A stretch of 63,874 bases of DNA, the filler included, from Choristocarpus tenellus KU-1152 (Eukaryota; Protista; Phaeophyceae): the NCBI GenBank assembly GCA_964200185.2. It is 9 parts of 9 records of this genome, joined end to end, with 100 filler letters (N's around TTAATTAATTAA, not from the genome) between each part and the next. Parts side by side here need not be neighbours in the genome. Positions count along the whole stretch, not along the records: positions 1 to 18,073 come from CAXNAD020000582.1; positions 18,174 to 24,240 come from CAXNAD020009026.1; positions 24,341 to 35,173 come from CAXNAD020002684.1; 6 more parts are not named here. One strand, 5' to 3'. The position numbers were made by a program, and so were the translations under genes. This document shows, piece by piece, positions 14,981 to 26,479 of this stretch. The notes under the pieces are model-generated. The model did no database searches, was not told the origin of the DNA, and saw only the letters and a program-made list of their open reading frames with translations. Each line of letters begins with the position of its first letter. Position 1 is the first letter of the stretch.

Positions 14981-15405
14981 GCTGAGATGAAGAAACCCAA
15001 TGATCAAATGACAATAGGAAGTATGTAAATTAAACGAAATTTCCGTTCATATGTGCCTCCTCACATTCTCATTGTGCACATACACAAGTGTATATTCCTC
15101 GTCATTTCGAACCATGAATTGTGGAAGAGTGTAACTTTTCCTTCAATATGTTGCACCCATTTTCATTGATTAAACGAAACAGCCCAATGAAAGAAAAAGT
15201 TGGGTTTGTAGAACGCGTAGTGGACATAAGTCGGACATGCAAGGGAAAAGGTTAGACAGGTCAGTGGACATGGACTGGTACAATACCCAGTGAACAAGGT
15301 CCGGATATGTCAGAATGTTTGACCTGATGTGCCCATTGGACGGAACTTTCTTGATTTACCAGTCTAGCCAAAAGCCCTGATTTTTTTTGCTAATGAAAAA
15401 GCTTA

Positions 15406-16620
15406 CGGTCGGTGTACCTATATAAGAGAGGTTGATATTAGAGAAAACCGGATATAAGAGAGGATAAATTGCCTTGTCACCACTTTTCGCGCTTTATGAG
15501 AGGTTTCGGCGTTTCCTCTCAATTCTCTCTTATATCGAGCAAACTTGCTTTTTTTTTCACTACTTCAGTGAGGGTTTCACAAAAAGCCAAGTCTAAATTT
15601 AAGGTAAATAAAACAAAGGTACCAAACTGCTCGACACCAGCAGTACACAACATTGCAGTCTTTTGTCTCTCAGTACTGCACTGACAGTAGAGTACATACA
15701 GTATATAGGATCAAGGGTTAGACGAATGCACTGTACAGATACAACGATGTCCTGCCAGTGGGATCCAGCTGCAACATGCAAGGTAATACTTGTCATAATC
15801 TACCACACTATACATGCCATAAGTGTCGCATTGTAGCGGCTATCTTCATGGCATTTGTGGCGTCCCGGATCCTTTTTGGTGCCAGTGAAATGAAACACGT
15901 GTGCAAATTGTGCGTGAGCCTCACCAAGCGCAAGGCTTCGATTTCTCCAGCCATCGAAGCACCGTGATAACAAGAACAAGGGGAATGGGAAGGTGTGCCA
16001 AATCTATCTACGGAAAAGCCGCGTCATACAAGCCTCGTGGTGCTGACAATCGTAAACGCTTGAGCTTTGCAGAGAAAGTGGAAGCATTGAAACTCCTGAA
16101 GACAATGACGGGAACTGCGGTTGCTCAAAATTTTGGAATCCGTCACAGCAGCCTCTACAAGTTAAAGAAGGGGGCAGCAACCTTCATGGAGAAAGCACAG
16201 ATGCTGAAGCCTGATGCCAAGTCTACGAAGGGCACCAAACATACCAAGACGCATCAGCACGTGGATTGAAAGTCTGAAAGTAAGTTGATTGTGATCGTGA
16301 TTGAATTGTCTTTATGCACTGTCTGATGATGAGGATCATGATCAAGTTTTTTTATTTTGCACTCGTTTCTGTCGTATTACAATGTCTCTGTACTGTGTAC
16401 TGTAGTATCACAGGTGACCATTTTGCTGGTAGAGGTAACGTCCCACACAAGGTGTCCCTATAAATAAATAAGGATCTCTCTAATGCCCTTGACGCTCTGA
16501 ACATCAAACCCGACGGAATGCCGTCTCAGGCTTCCATCAACGCAGCAAGAGCATGGACCGGTGTGAAAGACAACGATGAAGCAACCAATGCGACAATAGG
16601 GGATATGAAAAACTAGCTGC
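15406..16620 (+). mobile_element. pogo/Tigger-type DNA transposon remnant, internally deleted
   Basis: The left end TA|CGGTCGGTGTACCTATATAAGAG is followed by repeated TATAAGAGAG motifs. ORF 15901-16269 carries a CENP-B/psq-type HTH (RKRLSFAEKVEALKLL..GTAVAQNFGIRHSSLYKLKK). No DDE domain is visible. An acidic C-terminal-like fragment lies at about 16470-16600. Confidence 0.7.
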
Positions 16621-16704
16621 TCGAGAAATTCTTGTACCATCAGACAATAGCCTGTGCAATTTACCTTAGAAGGTATTGCTATTTATCAGTAGTGAAGACA
16701 AGAA

Positions 16705-17760
16705 GGTGTGGATCCTCATTCAATAGGATTAGGTGAGTGAAAGTATCTTAGAGGGTATGGGTTTTGCCCTGTTTGTCCATTTGTGACTTGGCTTCCCTCG
16801 GGGGTTTTTATGATATTTTATTTACTCCAAAATATTTCGGAGTAGATAAAATGTATACATTATGAAAGGGTGTGTCCGGAACAAGGATATTGTAATTTCT
16901 TATCAAACACGATAGCCAAAACTACCTCAAAATCGCAACATTGGATTTTGGCCCCCAAAGGACGCGGCTCTACCCTTTAAGATACTTTGCTTCAGGTATC
17001 TTGTCGCGCTTTGTCTTGAATCAGTGTCATTGCCCCAGTCTGAGTCTCCATACCCGACCAGGCCCGTGTTGTCCATATCACCACCAGCAGGATAGCGTAT
17101 ACCTACTTTTATGGTGCCTGCTAGGTATCGTAGAACATGTTGCAGCCCTATCCAGTGTCGATTGAATGTAGATACTGCGTATCTCCCCAGTTCCCGCACA
17201 CTGTTGGCTTGGTCTGGTAGTGTCATCCCAGCTAGGAACATAAGTTTCCCCAGAATGGGAAGAGGTAAGGTTTGCACCTCTAATCCAGCTCCTCCTCGTC
17301 AGTTCTCCTTGGGGTCAGGTCCATTCCTGGGTTTGAAGGTGATGAGATACTCCGTACTTCTGTGGATCACATTCCCTCATGAACAATGCTCTCTGCATAG
17401 AAACGTTGATCCAGTGTAATGCCAGCCTCATCCTGGTTGATTGCCACCCCAACTAAATTGTCTGTGGTCCCAAGGTCCCGTCCTTCGTACTTGGTAAGCA
17501 GATTATTCTTCATCCCCTTTACTTCTTCGTCGAAGTCTCCAGTCAACGAGATGTCATCCACATAGTGAAAGAGGACAGCGATCCTACCATCTTCACTTAC
17601 TCTTCACATATAGGCAGGTGTCGAAGTCGCTAACACTCCACCCCTCAGCTAAGATTTTTCCCTTTAGCTCCTTGTACCACTCCATTGCTGATTGCTTAAG
17701 ACCATAGATGGCCCTGGCAGCTTTTACGATGGATCCATTGGGCAGTTGTTGTTGAAGTAT
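16705..17760 (-). mobile_element. Ty1/copia pol remnant (RT-RNase H), interrupted by a MITE
   Basis: Motifs RAIYGLKQSAMEWY, VLFHYVDDISLTG, HWIGLQHVLRYLAGT and LVGYGDSDWGNDTDSRQSATRY-LILLNEDP, with frameshifts. Confidence 0.93.
16735..16993 (+). mobile_element. MITE family B (Sola2-like)
   Basis: TIRs GAGTGAAAGTATCTTAGAGGGTA...TACCCTTTAAGATACTTTGCTTC with TSD AGGT. Removing the element and one TSD restores the copia RNase H reading frame. Confidence 0.9.
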
Positions 17761-18073
17761 CCCACTGGACCCGCGGCTTTGGTGCTTTAATAAAGGACAA
17801 AGAACAGCTTAATGTAGATAAGCAAAGTTAATATTACAAGAGGGCTTATGGTGTCGATTCCGCTGACTGAGTACGTGGGCAAGACTATAGCCTAGACTAC
17901 CATTATTATTTCTATAGTGTGGGGTTTGTAATCGTCCACACTAATTTACTATGAATCACTTATTTACTTGTCTTAAATATAGAAAGTGTATCTTGAGACC
18001 CAAAGTATCTGGGGGGGGGGGGGGGCTACAACAAAGAACCCATTTGAACCAAAACCAGGAAAAGTGCACTCCC

Positions 18074-18173
18074 NNNNNNNNNNNNNNNNNNNNNNNNNNN
18101 NNNNNNNNNNNNNNNNNTTAATTAATTAANNNNNNNNNNNNNNNNNNNNNNNNNNNNNNNNNNNNNNNNNNNN
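18074..18173. other. Artificial contig linker. Also at 24241-24340, 35174-35273, 39062-39161, 42172-42271, 46910-47009, 55484-55583 and 60348-60447
   Basis: Identical N44-TTAATTAATTAA-N44 spacers with stop codons in all six frames. Confidence 0.99.
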
Positions 18174-19026
18174 CAATGGATGAGGCAATATGGGAGGGAT
18201 AGTTGCAGGTGGGATAGGACTTTTTTGTGCACCATTCCATGCAGTCAGTCCCCCCCCTCAAGCCCTACAGCCTAGCAAGATTGTGTCCATGAGTTCATGG
18301 TTGGTTTGCCAGTATTGCCTGGTGTTGGTTGCTCAACAAGCCCATAGAAAGTTGAGCAACTAGTCACGGAGTCTGGAAGGATGATTTGTGAAGGCTGTGC
18401 CTACCTTGTGTCAATTCAGTTTTGTTCGTTTCTGGGAGGTTGTCGGTCTGCTTTCTATTAAGAACCACCTCCACATATTCCAAAACGATTTCCATGACTT
18501 GAAGCACATGAGGACAGCGTCATGGGAAAGATGAAGAAAGAAAATGAGGCAACGGTGGGGAGTGGGGGTTTCGGTTGGGGCAGGGGAGACGAGAAGTGAT
18601 GTTCTCAGTTGAACTCTTTTTCTTGATCATCAGAGGGCAGTAGTGTTTATTCTTTCTTTCCTGTGAACTAAGTGATGAAGAGATTGGTGGCTGGATCTCC
18701 TGGCTATAGTGTACTTGGCAATGCAGCGGATAATACAAATAGATGTGCGTATAATCTGGAATGCTTAAATACTGACTGGTATATGCATTTCCTTAAGCAC
18801 TTGCTTGAGAAGCACGACATTCTGAGCCATGCAACAGCATCGCTCATACCTTTTAGGGGTATAGATAGATATAGAATGGTAGGTAAGTACTGTGAGAATG
18901 AGCAGCACTGCCCACCTACCCATCACCAACTCCAAACCCACCAGCGTGGTGGATCTGCAAAAATCAAAAGCAAGCTCGCCACTGGAGGAGTCGTACGCAC
19001 TCTTTCACAATCAGTTGACTTGTCCA

Positions 19027-19208
19027 GGCTCAAAGTATCTAGGGGTGGGAGTGGTGACTGTCCATTTGGGATCAATATTTTTATGTCGCGATTTTTGAGT
19101 GATTTGGTTGCATGCGTCTTATGGATACATATAAGTGCACTTTTCCAGCTTATGGTCCAAATGAACACCCTGGTATAGACCCTCCCCCCCCTCCAGATAC
19201 TTTAGGTC
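19027..19208. mobile_element. MITE family A (about 180 bp, G-tract TIRs)
   Basis: GGCTCAAAGTATCT..G-rich..CTGTCCATTTGGG...C-tract CAGATACTTTAGGTC. The TSD is not intact. Confidence 0.85.
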
Positions 19209-20131
19209 TCTAAGCAGTACAGTAGGTTGAAGACGTGTTCTTCGAGCTGATGTGGAAAGGGACAACAAAGACGATGGTTCACTTCTAAGCCACCCGACTC
19301 ATCATGCTCCAGCCACTTCAACATACCTGAAACGGCTATATTGTATACATGCAAGAACTATCATTATGTCGTAACGTTCAAAGATCTATTATTGTATATT
19401 GTGTTGACTGTCGCCTCCTGCATCAACTTTGTCTTGGCATAACTTTTGATCAACAATGAATTTTTTGATGAAAATTAGTTTGTTGTGATTGCATCAGCAT
19501 GGTTAACCTTATTTGATGGGTCTCGGTTGATCAACTTGAAGTAATCGTGAGAAATACAGCACCATCCTTAAATCAAGTAGTCCGCGCGCGGGGTGCACGC
19601 GAACTGCGCATTTTAGGATGATTTTGACGCCAGAAGAGGCCACCTTCACCCAGAGAACATGGGAGTTGTTGTCTCTCCATTCTCTTTCCATTATTTCCCG
19701 TTTATGTGATGTTGTCACCTGCTGACTAAGGCTCACTTATGGGGGCCCAGGCCTCTGAACCAATCCATGCCAAGTCAAATGAGGTATTCTGAAGGTGCAG
19801 GCGTCCTGTGAGACTTAAATGTCTTGTACTCCCTGCCCAATTTGGTGCACTTCATATCTTTTTCGTTGGAATGTATGAGGTGGTAAGCAATACTCATCCT
19901 GAAGAACCTCTCCACAATTACAGCCCCCCTTCCTCCTTAAGATTGACAGGAATGTTGGCTCTCTTTCCAGGCAACATGTAGTCACAGTGGCCTCGTACAT
20001 AGTGCTTCGCCCACCCCCAGACCATCTCTATCGGGTTCGATTCTCAGTGGTACTTTGGAAGCATCAAGCAGTGTCCTCGAAGACGCTCGACCAGAATCGT
20101 GTCCTGTGAGTGGCTTAAACAGTATTAAGCC

Positions 20132-20397
20132 GAGGTTGCCCAACGAGTTAAATGACAATGAGCATATCAAATGAAAGCTCTGGATCTATACTATCACTGG
20201 TCCAAAGGAATTCTTTCGGAAAAATATGTTTGGTCGTGATAATTTATTCCAGAACATTTCCAAGGTTGTAAACCATTGGACTAAAATTTAACCTTACAAA
20301 AAAAAAATCCGAAAGAATCCCTTTGGACCAGTGATAGCTTAGATCCAAAGCTTCCATTTGATATGCTCATCGGTGTTTATATCATTGGGCAACCCTC
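20132..20397. mobile_element. Foldback MITE with about 90-bp inverted repeats
   Basis: GAGGTTGCCCAA..ATGAGCATATCAAATGAAAGCT..TATCACTGGTCCAAAGG.ATTCTTTCGGA pairs with TCCGAAAGAATCCCTTTGGACCAGTGATA..AGCTTCCATTTGATATGCTCAT..TTGGGCAACCCTC. Confidence 0.85.
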
Positions 20398-20559
20398 TAA
20401 AAAAAACCCAAGACTGGTCTCATCCTAGAGGCGACTGCCAACACTGTACATACAGAACTATTTGTATTATTATGCACTCTGGCATTTTCAAAATGTCAGG
20501 GGGAAACTAATGAGAACTATACACATTGTCAGTGTAAGCCCTAAAGGAATAAAATGTAG

Positions 20560-21219
20560 TAAATATGAAAAACCCTGATCCATTTGTTACTTCACCACTA
20601 TGTTGCACTACTGCCCTCCTGTGTCTCCAATCTACCTATACCTATACGCCGGGAGGAGCTAGGGAGGCATCCCAAGAATCCAATAAACCCCTCCTTCCCA
20701 TCTCCCTGGTGATTCCAGCTTAAGATGCATGACACGTCTAGACAGTGCCACCTGCGTAGTTACCGAGACAATTTGGTATAGCCAGGATTTAACTACTCCT
20801 TTCCTGCTATATCCTCCAGTTCCTCTCCCCCCTACCATGTGAGTAGCCAGCTCATTCAGGAAGCATTCCGCTTGCTTGCCGAGGTGCCCAAAACTTTCCA
20901 CCACAAAGGTGTTGAGGTTATTACTACAAGGATAAAAGGAGCCCTCGTAGTGGGTACGCTTTTGCGCCTCGGCTGCAGCAGCAGCTACACCATTGCTGGT
21001 GCATGAGTGGGTAAGGTGGGAGGTTGCCTGTACCTCTGCGAAGGTGACGTCTAGCAGAAGGCCTTTGTCCCGGTAGGGGGCTGTTCCGGCGTCTGCCAGT
21101 GCCCCTGCGTGGAACACCAGATCCATGCGGAGATTCCTATCCACCGTGAAAGGGCTACTGTCCCCCATAGTGCAAGGGATGCCCATCCCCTTGCATAGTA
21201 GGTGAAGGCGTTTAACCAT
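20560..21219 (-). mobile_element. CRE-clade non-LTR retrotransposon, 5'-truncated (restriction-like endonuclease domain plus 3' UTR)
   Basis: ORF 20659-21219 reads RMDLVF..LLLDVTF..AAAAAEAQKRTHY..FVVESFGHLGKQAECFL, the PD-(D/E)xK RLE motif set of CRE/R2-group elements. Confidence 0.85.
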
Positions 21220-23777
21220 TGGAGTGTATCATTATCTCGTCACGCACCAAGATCTATTATTGTATACATTAACTATTTATTTTATTGTCGCGGCCTTAGA
21301 CATTTTCCACATGTGTCAGGAAAGAATTAACAAAACTATTCACATGAATGTGTATGTTATCTTTTCCGAATTGTGTCGAGTTTTTTCAAACAATATAGAA
21401 ATTAACGTCCTCAAGTCGAACTTAACACTTCATCCATACAAATATGGGTGAATTGTGAAAGTTTTTTTTTAATAGATGGCTTAAATTGCAAAACGGTCAA
21501 AATCTGGGTACCTCTCATTTCGGATCAAATGTGTGTATATATATATCGTTTACATAGTTCAGAAGGAAATGAAAAACTAAAAAAAAAGAAAATCTATTGT
21601 CATGTATTTTTTGTTTTCTCGTAGACAAGTAGCGAGAAACTGCTTAAAAGAAGAAAAGAACATTCTTGACCTTGGGCACCACTCAAATCTTAAGGAATGG
21701 CATACCCTTCTTGAGGAATTGAGCTACTTTTTTTTATCTCTAATTCTTGACTTCACATGGTGGACCATAATACACGGGTATGAATGGTGTGTATATATAT
21801 AGATAGATAGATAGGTGCCATGCCGAATATAATTGCATTGCCACAAAAAGGTGCTCCAGTATTACCAGCAATAATACTTGAGAAGAGTGTCTTGTAAATA
21901 GTGGAAGCCTGCACCCAATACCCCCAAAACGTCAACACGTAAGGTTGTGCTATCCCATTCCCTTACCCGCTGAACATATCTCCTTCATGCACCACTGCTG
22001 GTCGGATTGAAATATGGAACAAATTGGAGACAAGATACACGCCGAGTGCAGGGTGTTTTCACCCGCACGTTGTTTGGACTATGACAATCACCGTGAAAAG
22101 CACACGGGGAATACCTCAAACGTTATTTTTTGGTCAACACAAATATCAGTTCAAGTTCCCTTCATCGTGCCCCATCATACACTCTATGGATACGACATAA
22201 TAAGGTGGGGATAGCAATATACGGTTAAGCTGAAGGTAAGAAATGTACGGGTCGTAGAGTAACGTCTTGTAACCTTTGGGCTCGTGTCCTTCCTGCTAAC
22301 TATACTTCATATCTTTGTAATATGTACACAACGCACCAAACATCCCAAAGATTTCGACTCAATGCAGAACAGTCTACCCTCGATGCCTCACCGTAGAAAA
22401 ACATCCCAAGGGATTTTGGCATTTCGACCAGACTCGAGATAAGGACGGATTTCCTGATTACGCCTTGCCAAGACTTGAATCGTCCACTAAAACTATGACC
22501 ATAATTATGGAACCCCAATTCCTCGCCTGCGCCCCCCAGCTGTTTTGTACATCCCATGGTGGGGTTGACATTTTGACCAAACTGTAGACAACGTACACGC
22601 CACAGAACATCTTCCTATCCACCCTTAATTCATACATCGTCATGTAAGATCACCAATGACTTACACATGCTTATTCTATTGGTCGACACATCAGGGATGT
22701 TTGATCAATCTAGGTGTATGATGATACGGGTCACAAAACAACGTCTTTCAACCCTGCCTGGGTTTTTCCACCATAAACAAAAACACTACCCTCTACATCA
22801 TCTGTCAACACGACAGGAGATGACTACCTCACCTACAGTCCATAACTCTAATTACACACCGCATGGATGGGGCACATGGGATATTTGGATCAAGCCAGAG
22901 ACAAGATGCAGGTCGCAAAGTAAAGTATGTCTGTAAGGAAGGGTTTGTCCGCCATGTGAAATGTAGATACCAAATGTCGCAAACTTTATCGTGTCAACAT
23001 AATATCAGGCTGGATAGGCTTCCCCACGACTTCTTTTGCGACCCACAGCTACTCCATACACCTCTATATGGACGGGTATATTCTATCAAGCTGGAGACTA
23101 GATACCGATCAAAGATCACGCATTCCAACCCTGGGTGCGTCTACCACTACCCACTACCCCAGCCACGATCACATCTCAAGATGGACTTCCTGTGATGTCT
23201 CCTCACCAGTGCCCTACAGCTACTTCATATTCCACATGGACACGGCATCTGGTGGGCTTGGCACTTCAATCAACGTCAACGACAAGATTGGGCCACGTTA
23301 TAGCAACACCTTTCAACCTCAGGTCCGTCTATACCACCGTAAAATGAACGCTATACACCCCAACATTATCGGTAAAGACAGACTACCCCATGCCTTCCCC
23401 TGCGGCCCATACCTACTTCATACACGGTAGGATGTATACCTAGTCGAGGGGGCATTTCGATCGTAAGGTAGAGACAACATACGTTCGTGTCACATCGTAT
23501 CGTCTCTCTGCCTGTCTGGCTGCCAACCTTGGCTTCGTCTGCTAGCACTATTGCATACACAAACTATCCATTCAAAGATCAAGTGTATTTGTTGGCTGCG
23601 GTCATCCTTGTTCCCCATCGTCCACAACTAGATTCACCAGCCTTATATCTTGATAAAGTATTCTTAGAAACAACAGATTACCTTGTATCAAGGACGAAAA
23701 TATTTCGTACACTGACCACTAATATTACTATTACTGCCCGATTCACAGTAGTTCCATAGTTAAGTGTGATAAAGTCA

Positions 23778-24093
23778 GACTCGAAGTATCTGGGGGAGGG
23801 GGGGGGGGTCGTGCAGGGCANNNNNNNNNNTTCGGGACTGTCGCAAATCCATCTAGTGTCGCCGCCCGGTGCACAGTTGGTCCCGTGGTGATGGTGGTAA
23901 CGTCGGCGTGGGGGGGGGGGGGGGGGGGGGGGGGGTGGCGGCTGTCCATTTGCGGTCAATTTTATTAAGTTGTGATTTTTGGGCGATTTGGTTGCATATG
24001 TCGGATGGATAATGTATATACACCCTTCTTGATTTTCCCCAAATGGACACCCTTGGTCTAGACCCCACCTTTCCCCCTAAAATACTTTGGGTC
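23778..24093. mobile_element. MITE family A with extra sequence and an N10 gap inside the left G-tract
   Basis: GACTCGAAGTATCT...AATACTTTGGGTC with 3-bp TSD TCA. Confidence 0.75.
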
Positions 24094-24340
24094 TCATCAG
24101 GGGCTTCTCGGTCGTACCAGGTTGCAACTAGGATGGATAATAACAACCAGAGCCAAAGGCAGCATACATGCACCACACCTACCTAACAGTTACAACGTTT
24201 AGACCCAAAGTATCTGGGGGGGGGGGAGGTCTACATCAGGNNNNNNNNNNNNNNNNNNNNNNNNNNNNNNNNNNNNNNNNNNNNTTAATTAATTAANNNN
24301 NNNNNNNNNNNNNNNNNNNNNNNNNNNNNNNNNNNNNNNN

Positions 24341-24484
24341 CCAGGGTGTCCATTTGGACCAAAATCAGGACAAGTGCATTTACAGTATCCATGCAACGTA
24401 TGCAACCAAATAACCAAAAAATCATGACATGAAAAAATTGACCCCAAATGGACAGCAGCCACCCCCTCGCAGATACTTTGAGCC
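24341..24484. mobile_element. MITE family A, partial. Other partial copies at 1-30, 17997-18073, 24202-24240, 39162-39267, 46878-46909 and 63815-63874
   Basis: Same CAAAGTATCT(G)n / GTCCATTTGG / CAGATACTTTG motifs, truncated at contig or window ends. Confidence 0.8.
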
Positions 24485-24615
24485 ACCATACCCCCATATT
24501 TCTTCTCCTAACCCTACTCTATACAACACCACCTTTGACGTTGAGACCCGCAACAAACGCATGGATCATTAAGCCTAATAACGACTGCACATGAAATCTT
24601 AGAGGCACCCACCAG

Positions 24616-24617
<2 letters not shown>

Positions 24618-24669
<52 letters not shown>
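24618..24669. repeat. (CA)n microsatellite. Others: (CTTCTTTTG)n 84-131, (GT)n 1802-1818, (AGT)n 2874-2893, (GT)n 48528-48548
   Basis: Read directly from the sequence. Confidence 0.95.
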
Positions 24670-24670
<1 letters not shown>

Positions 24671-24719
24671 CATTACACAACCTATTCTTGTGGAACACTC
24701 CATTGCATCAACAAACCCT

Positions 24720-24898
24720 GGCTCAAAGTATCTGGAGGGGGGTGGCGGCTGTCCGTTTGGGGTTCATTTTTTTATGTCACCATTTTTGGGTGATTTGATT
24801 GCATACGTCGGATGGACAACGTAAGAGCACTTTTCTTGGTTTTGACTCAAATGGACACCCTGGTGTAGACCCCAACCCCCCCCCAGATACTTTGGGTC
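24720..24898. mobile_element. MITE family A
   Basis: GGCTCAAAGTATCTGG...CCAGATACTTTGGGTC with 3-bp TSD CCT. Confidence 0.9.
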
Positions 24899-26479
24899 CC
24901 TACACGTGACTCTAAGGTCGTGTACGTTACACCCCTTATTTCGAGAGCATGCTCCTTTACACAACTTGTGAAGGAAGGAGGCATGCTCTTGCAGCCTAGC
25001 CCACATGTACACTCTCAAGAAGACCACGCATGTCAACAAACTCATGAAGTCGCTATTGTTTCGAATGATTGAGACCAAAAAATAACCGCGTCCCTGTTAT
25101 TGTCGATGATGCCAGCCACCACATGTGCACCACTCTACCCTCTTCTCCTCACTAATTCCGAAGTGGTTGTCAATATTGTCAAAGTTTATGAAAACAGTGT
25201 TTAATACATCCCTTCCTATACGTTCATCATGGCGTTGCACATCTCTCATTAATTTCGACGATCCCATGTCCCTGGCACATACGTTGATCAACTTATCACA
25301 GTCTTGTTAGAAAAGGTTTGTAGGTCTGCAAAGCTTACCAACCTCTTCTTTTCGCACAGGTCGGATGCTCCCTCTCAAACATAGTCCGTAATATTCGTTG
25401 CCCTAACTCCCATGCCAGTTTTTAACTAGATCTACGTAAATAGTCACCCTTCACTGCAGCCAAATGTCATCCGTACATGTGGCGCTTCACTAACTACGTA
25501 GTGAAGTGTTGTGGAGAGGAATAGGAGCCCTATTAAATTTTTGCCCTTTCAATGAGTAACACTTTCTTTCAGATATTGCCCCTAAACCTCTCCGAGTTTT
25601 CGGCACCATTTCAAGAGTTCTCAAACATGATAGTCGACACTCCTCTTTAGGCAGTTCTTGTCAGTTACCTTAGCAGTTCACTGCCCGTTCTGTCATGTTG
25701 TTCAAGACACAGGGGAATTATCCCCTGCGCTTTTTACCATTCCAAATTGTTACTTCTTTCAAGTAGTAGATGCCACCCATGCGAAATATACATTTCATTA
25801 TACCTCTCGCGCCGTAGCCGTACCCAATCCACCTGACATCCTGAAGCAGTTCGCCCCCCCCGTTAGGACATGTTGTTGAACAAGGAATAGGCATGACACC
25901 CCGTGTTTTTTTCATTCAATAGTCGTTTCATTGAAGCATAGCATCTTGCCCATTCGGGATTTCGAACTTCGTTTCAGTATTTACCAATAGAAAAGAAACC
26001 AATGTCTCCTGTTTCCAATCCTCGTCACCTCCCTGATCATTCATCTGCCCGTCTTAGCGTGTTATCCATGAAGAAATACACCATACCCCGTATATCTGCT
26101 TTGTCAGAATGTAATCATTTCTTGGAAGTATTGCACCACACCAATCCCTCACTTTCGACATCATATTTATATACAATGACAAAAACCGCCATCCCTTGCT
26201 AGCCCCCATCACCCAGCACCTAAGCACTCCTCCTCCACGCATTCTTCTTGGCACGACCTTTCCCTCTTCTCCGACACGTTCGATATCCTCACCAATGATG
26301 TGCATTCCAAAGGAAGTACCTCAACGACGCTTTCCATCCCAAACATTTCTATTTCGCGTATGACGTGGATGAAAACATTTATTTGTTGTCGATTTTCCTT
26401 TCAAATTTCTCTTTGTCGATTATCCTTTCGCGTTTTTCTTGTCATGGTTTATTTTTTCGAGTAAAGGTTGATGGTCCAA

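Noticed and set aside
21226-21270. Helitron 5' end (A|TCATTAT.., also at about 19358)
   Set aside because: No matching hairpin-CTRR|T 3' end or Rep/helicase fragment is seen. It is kept only as part of the dispersed repeat.
24202-24484. MITE A halves on both sides of a linker look like one element joining two contigs
   Set aside because: The outer flanks (TTA and ACC) are not a TSD, so they are probably different copies.
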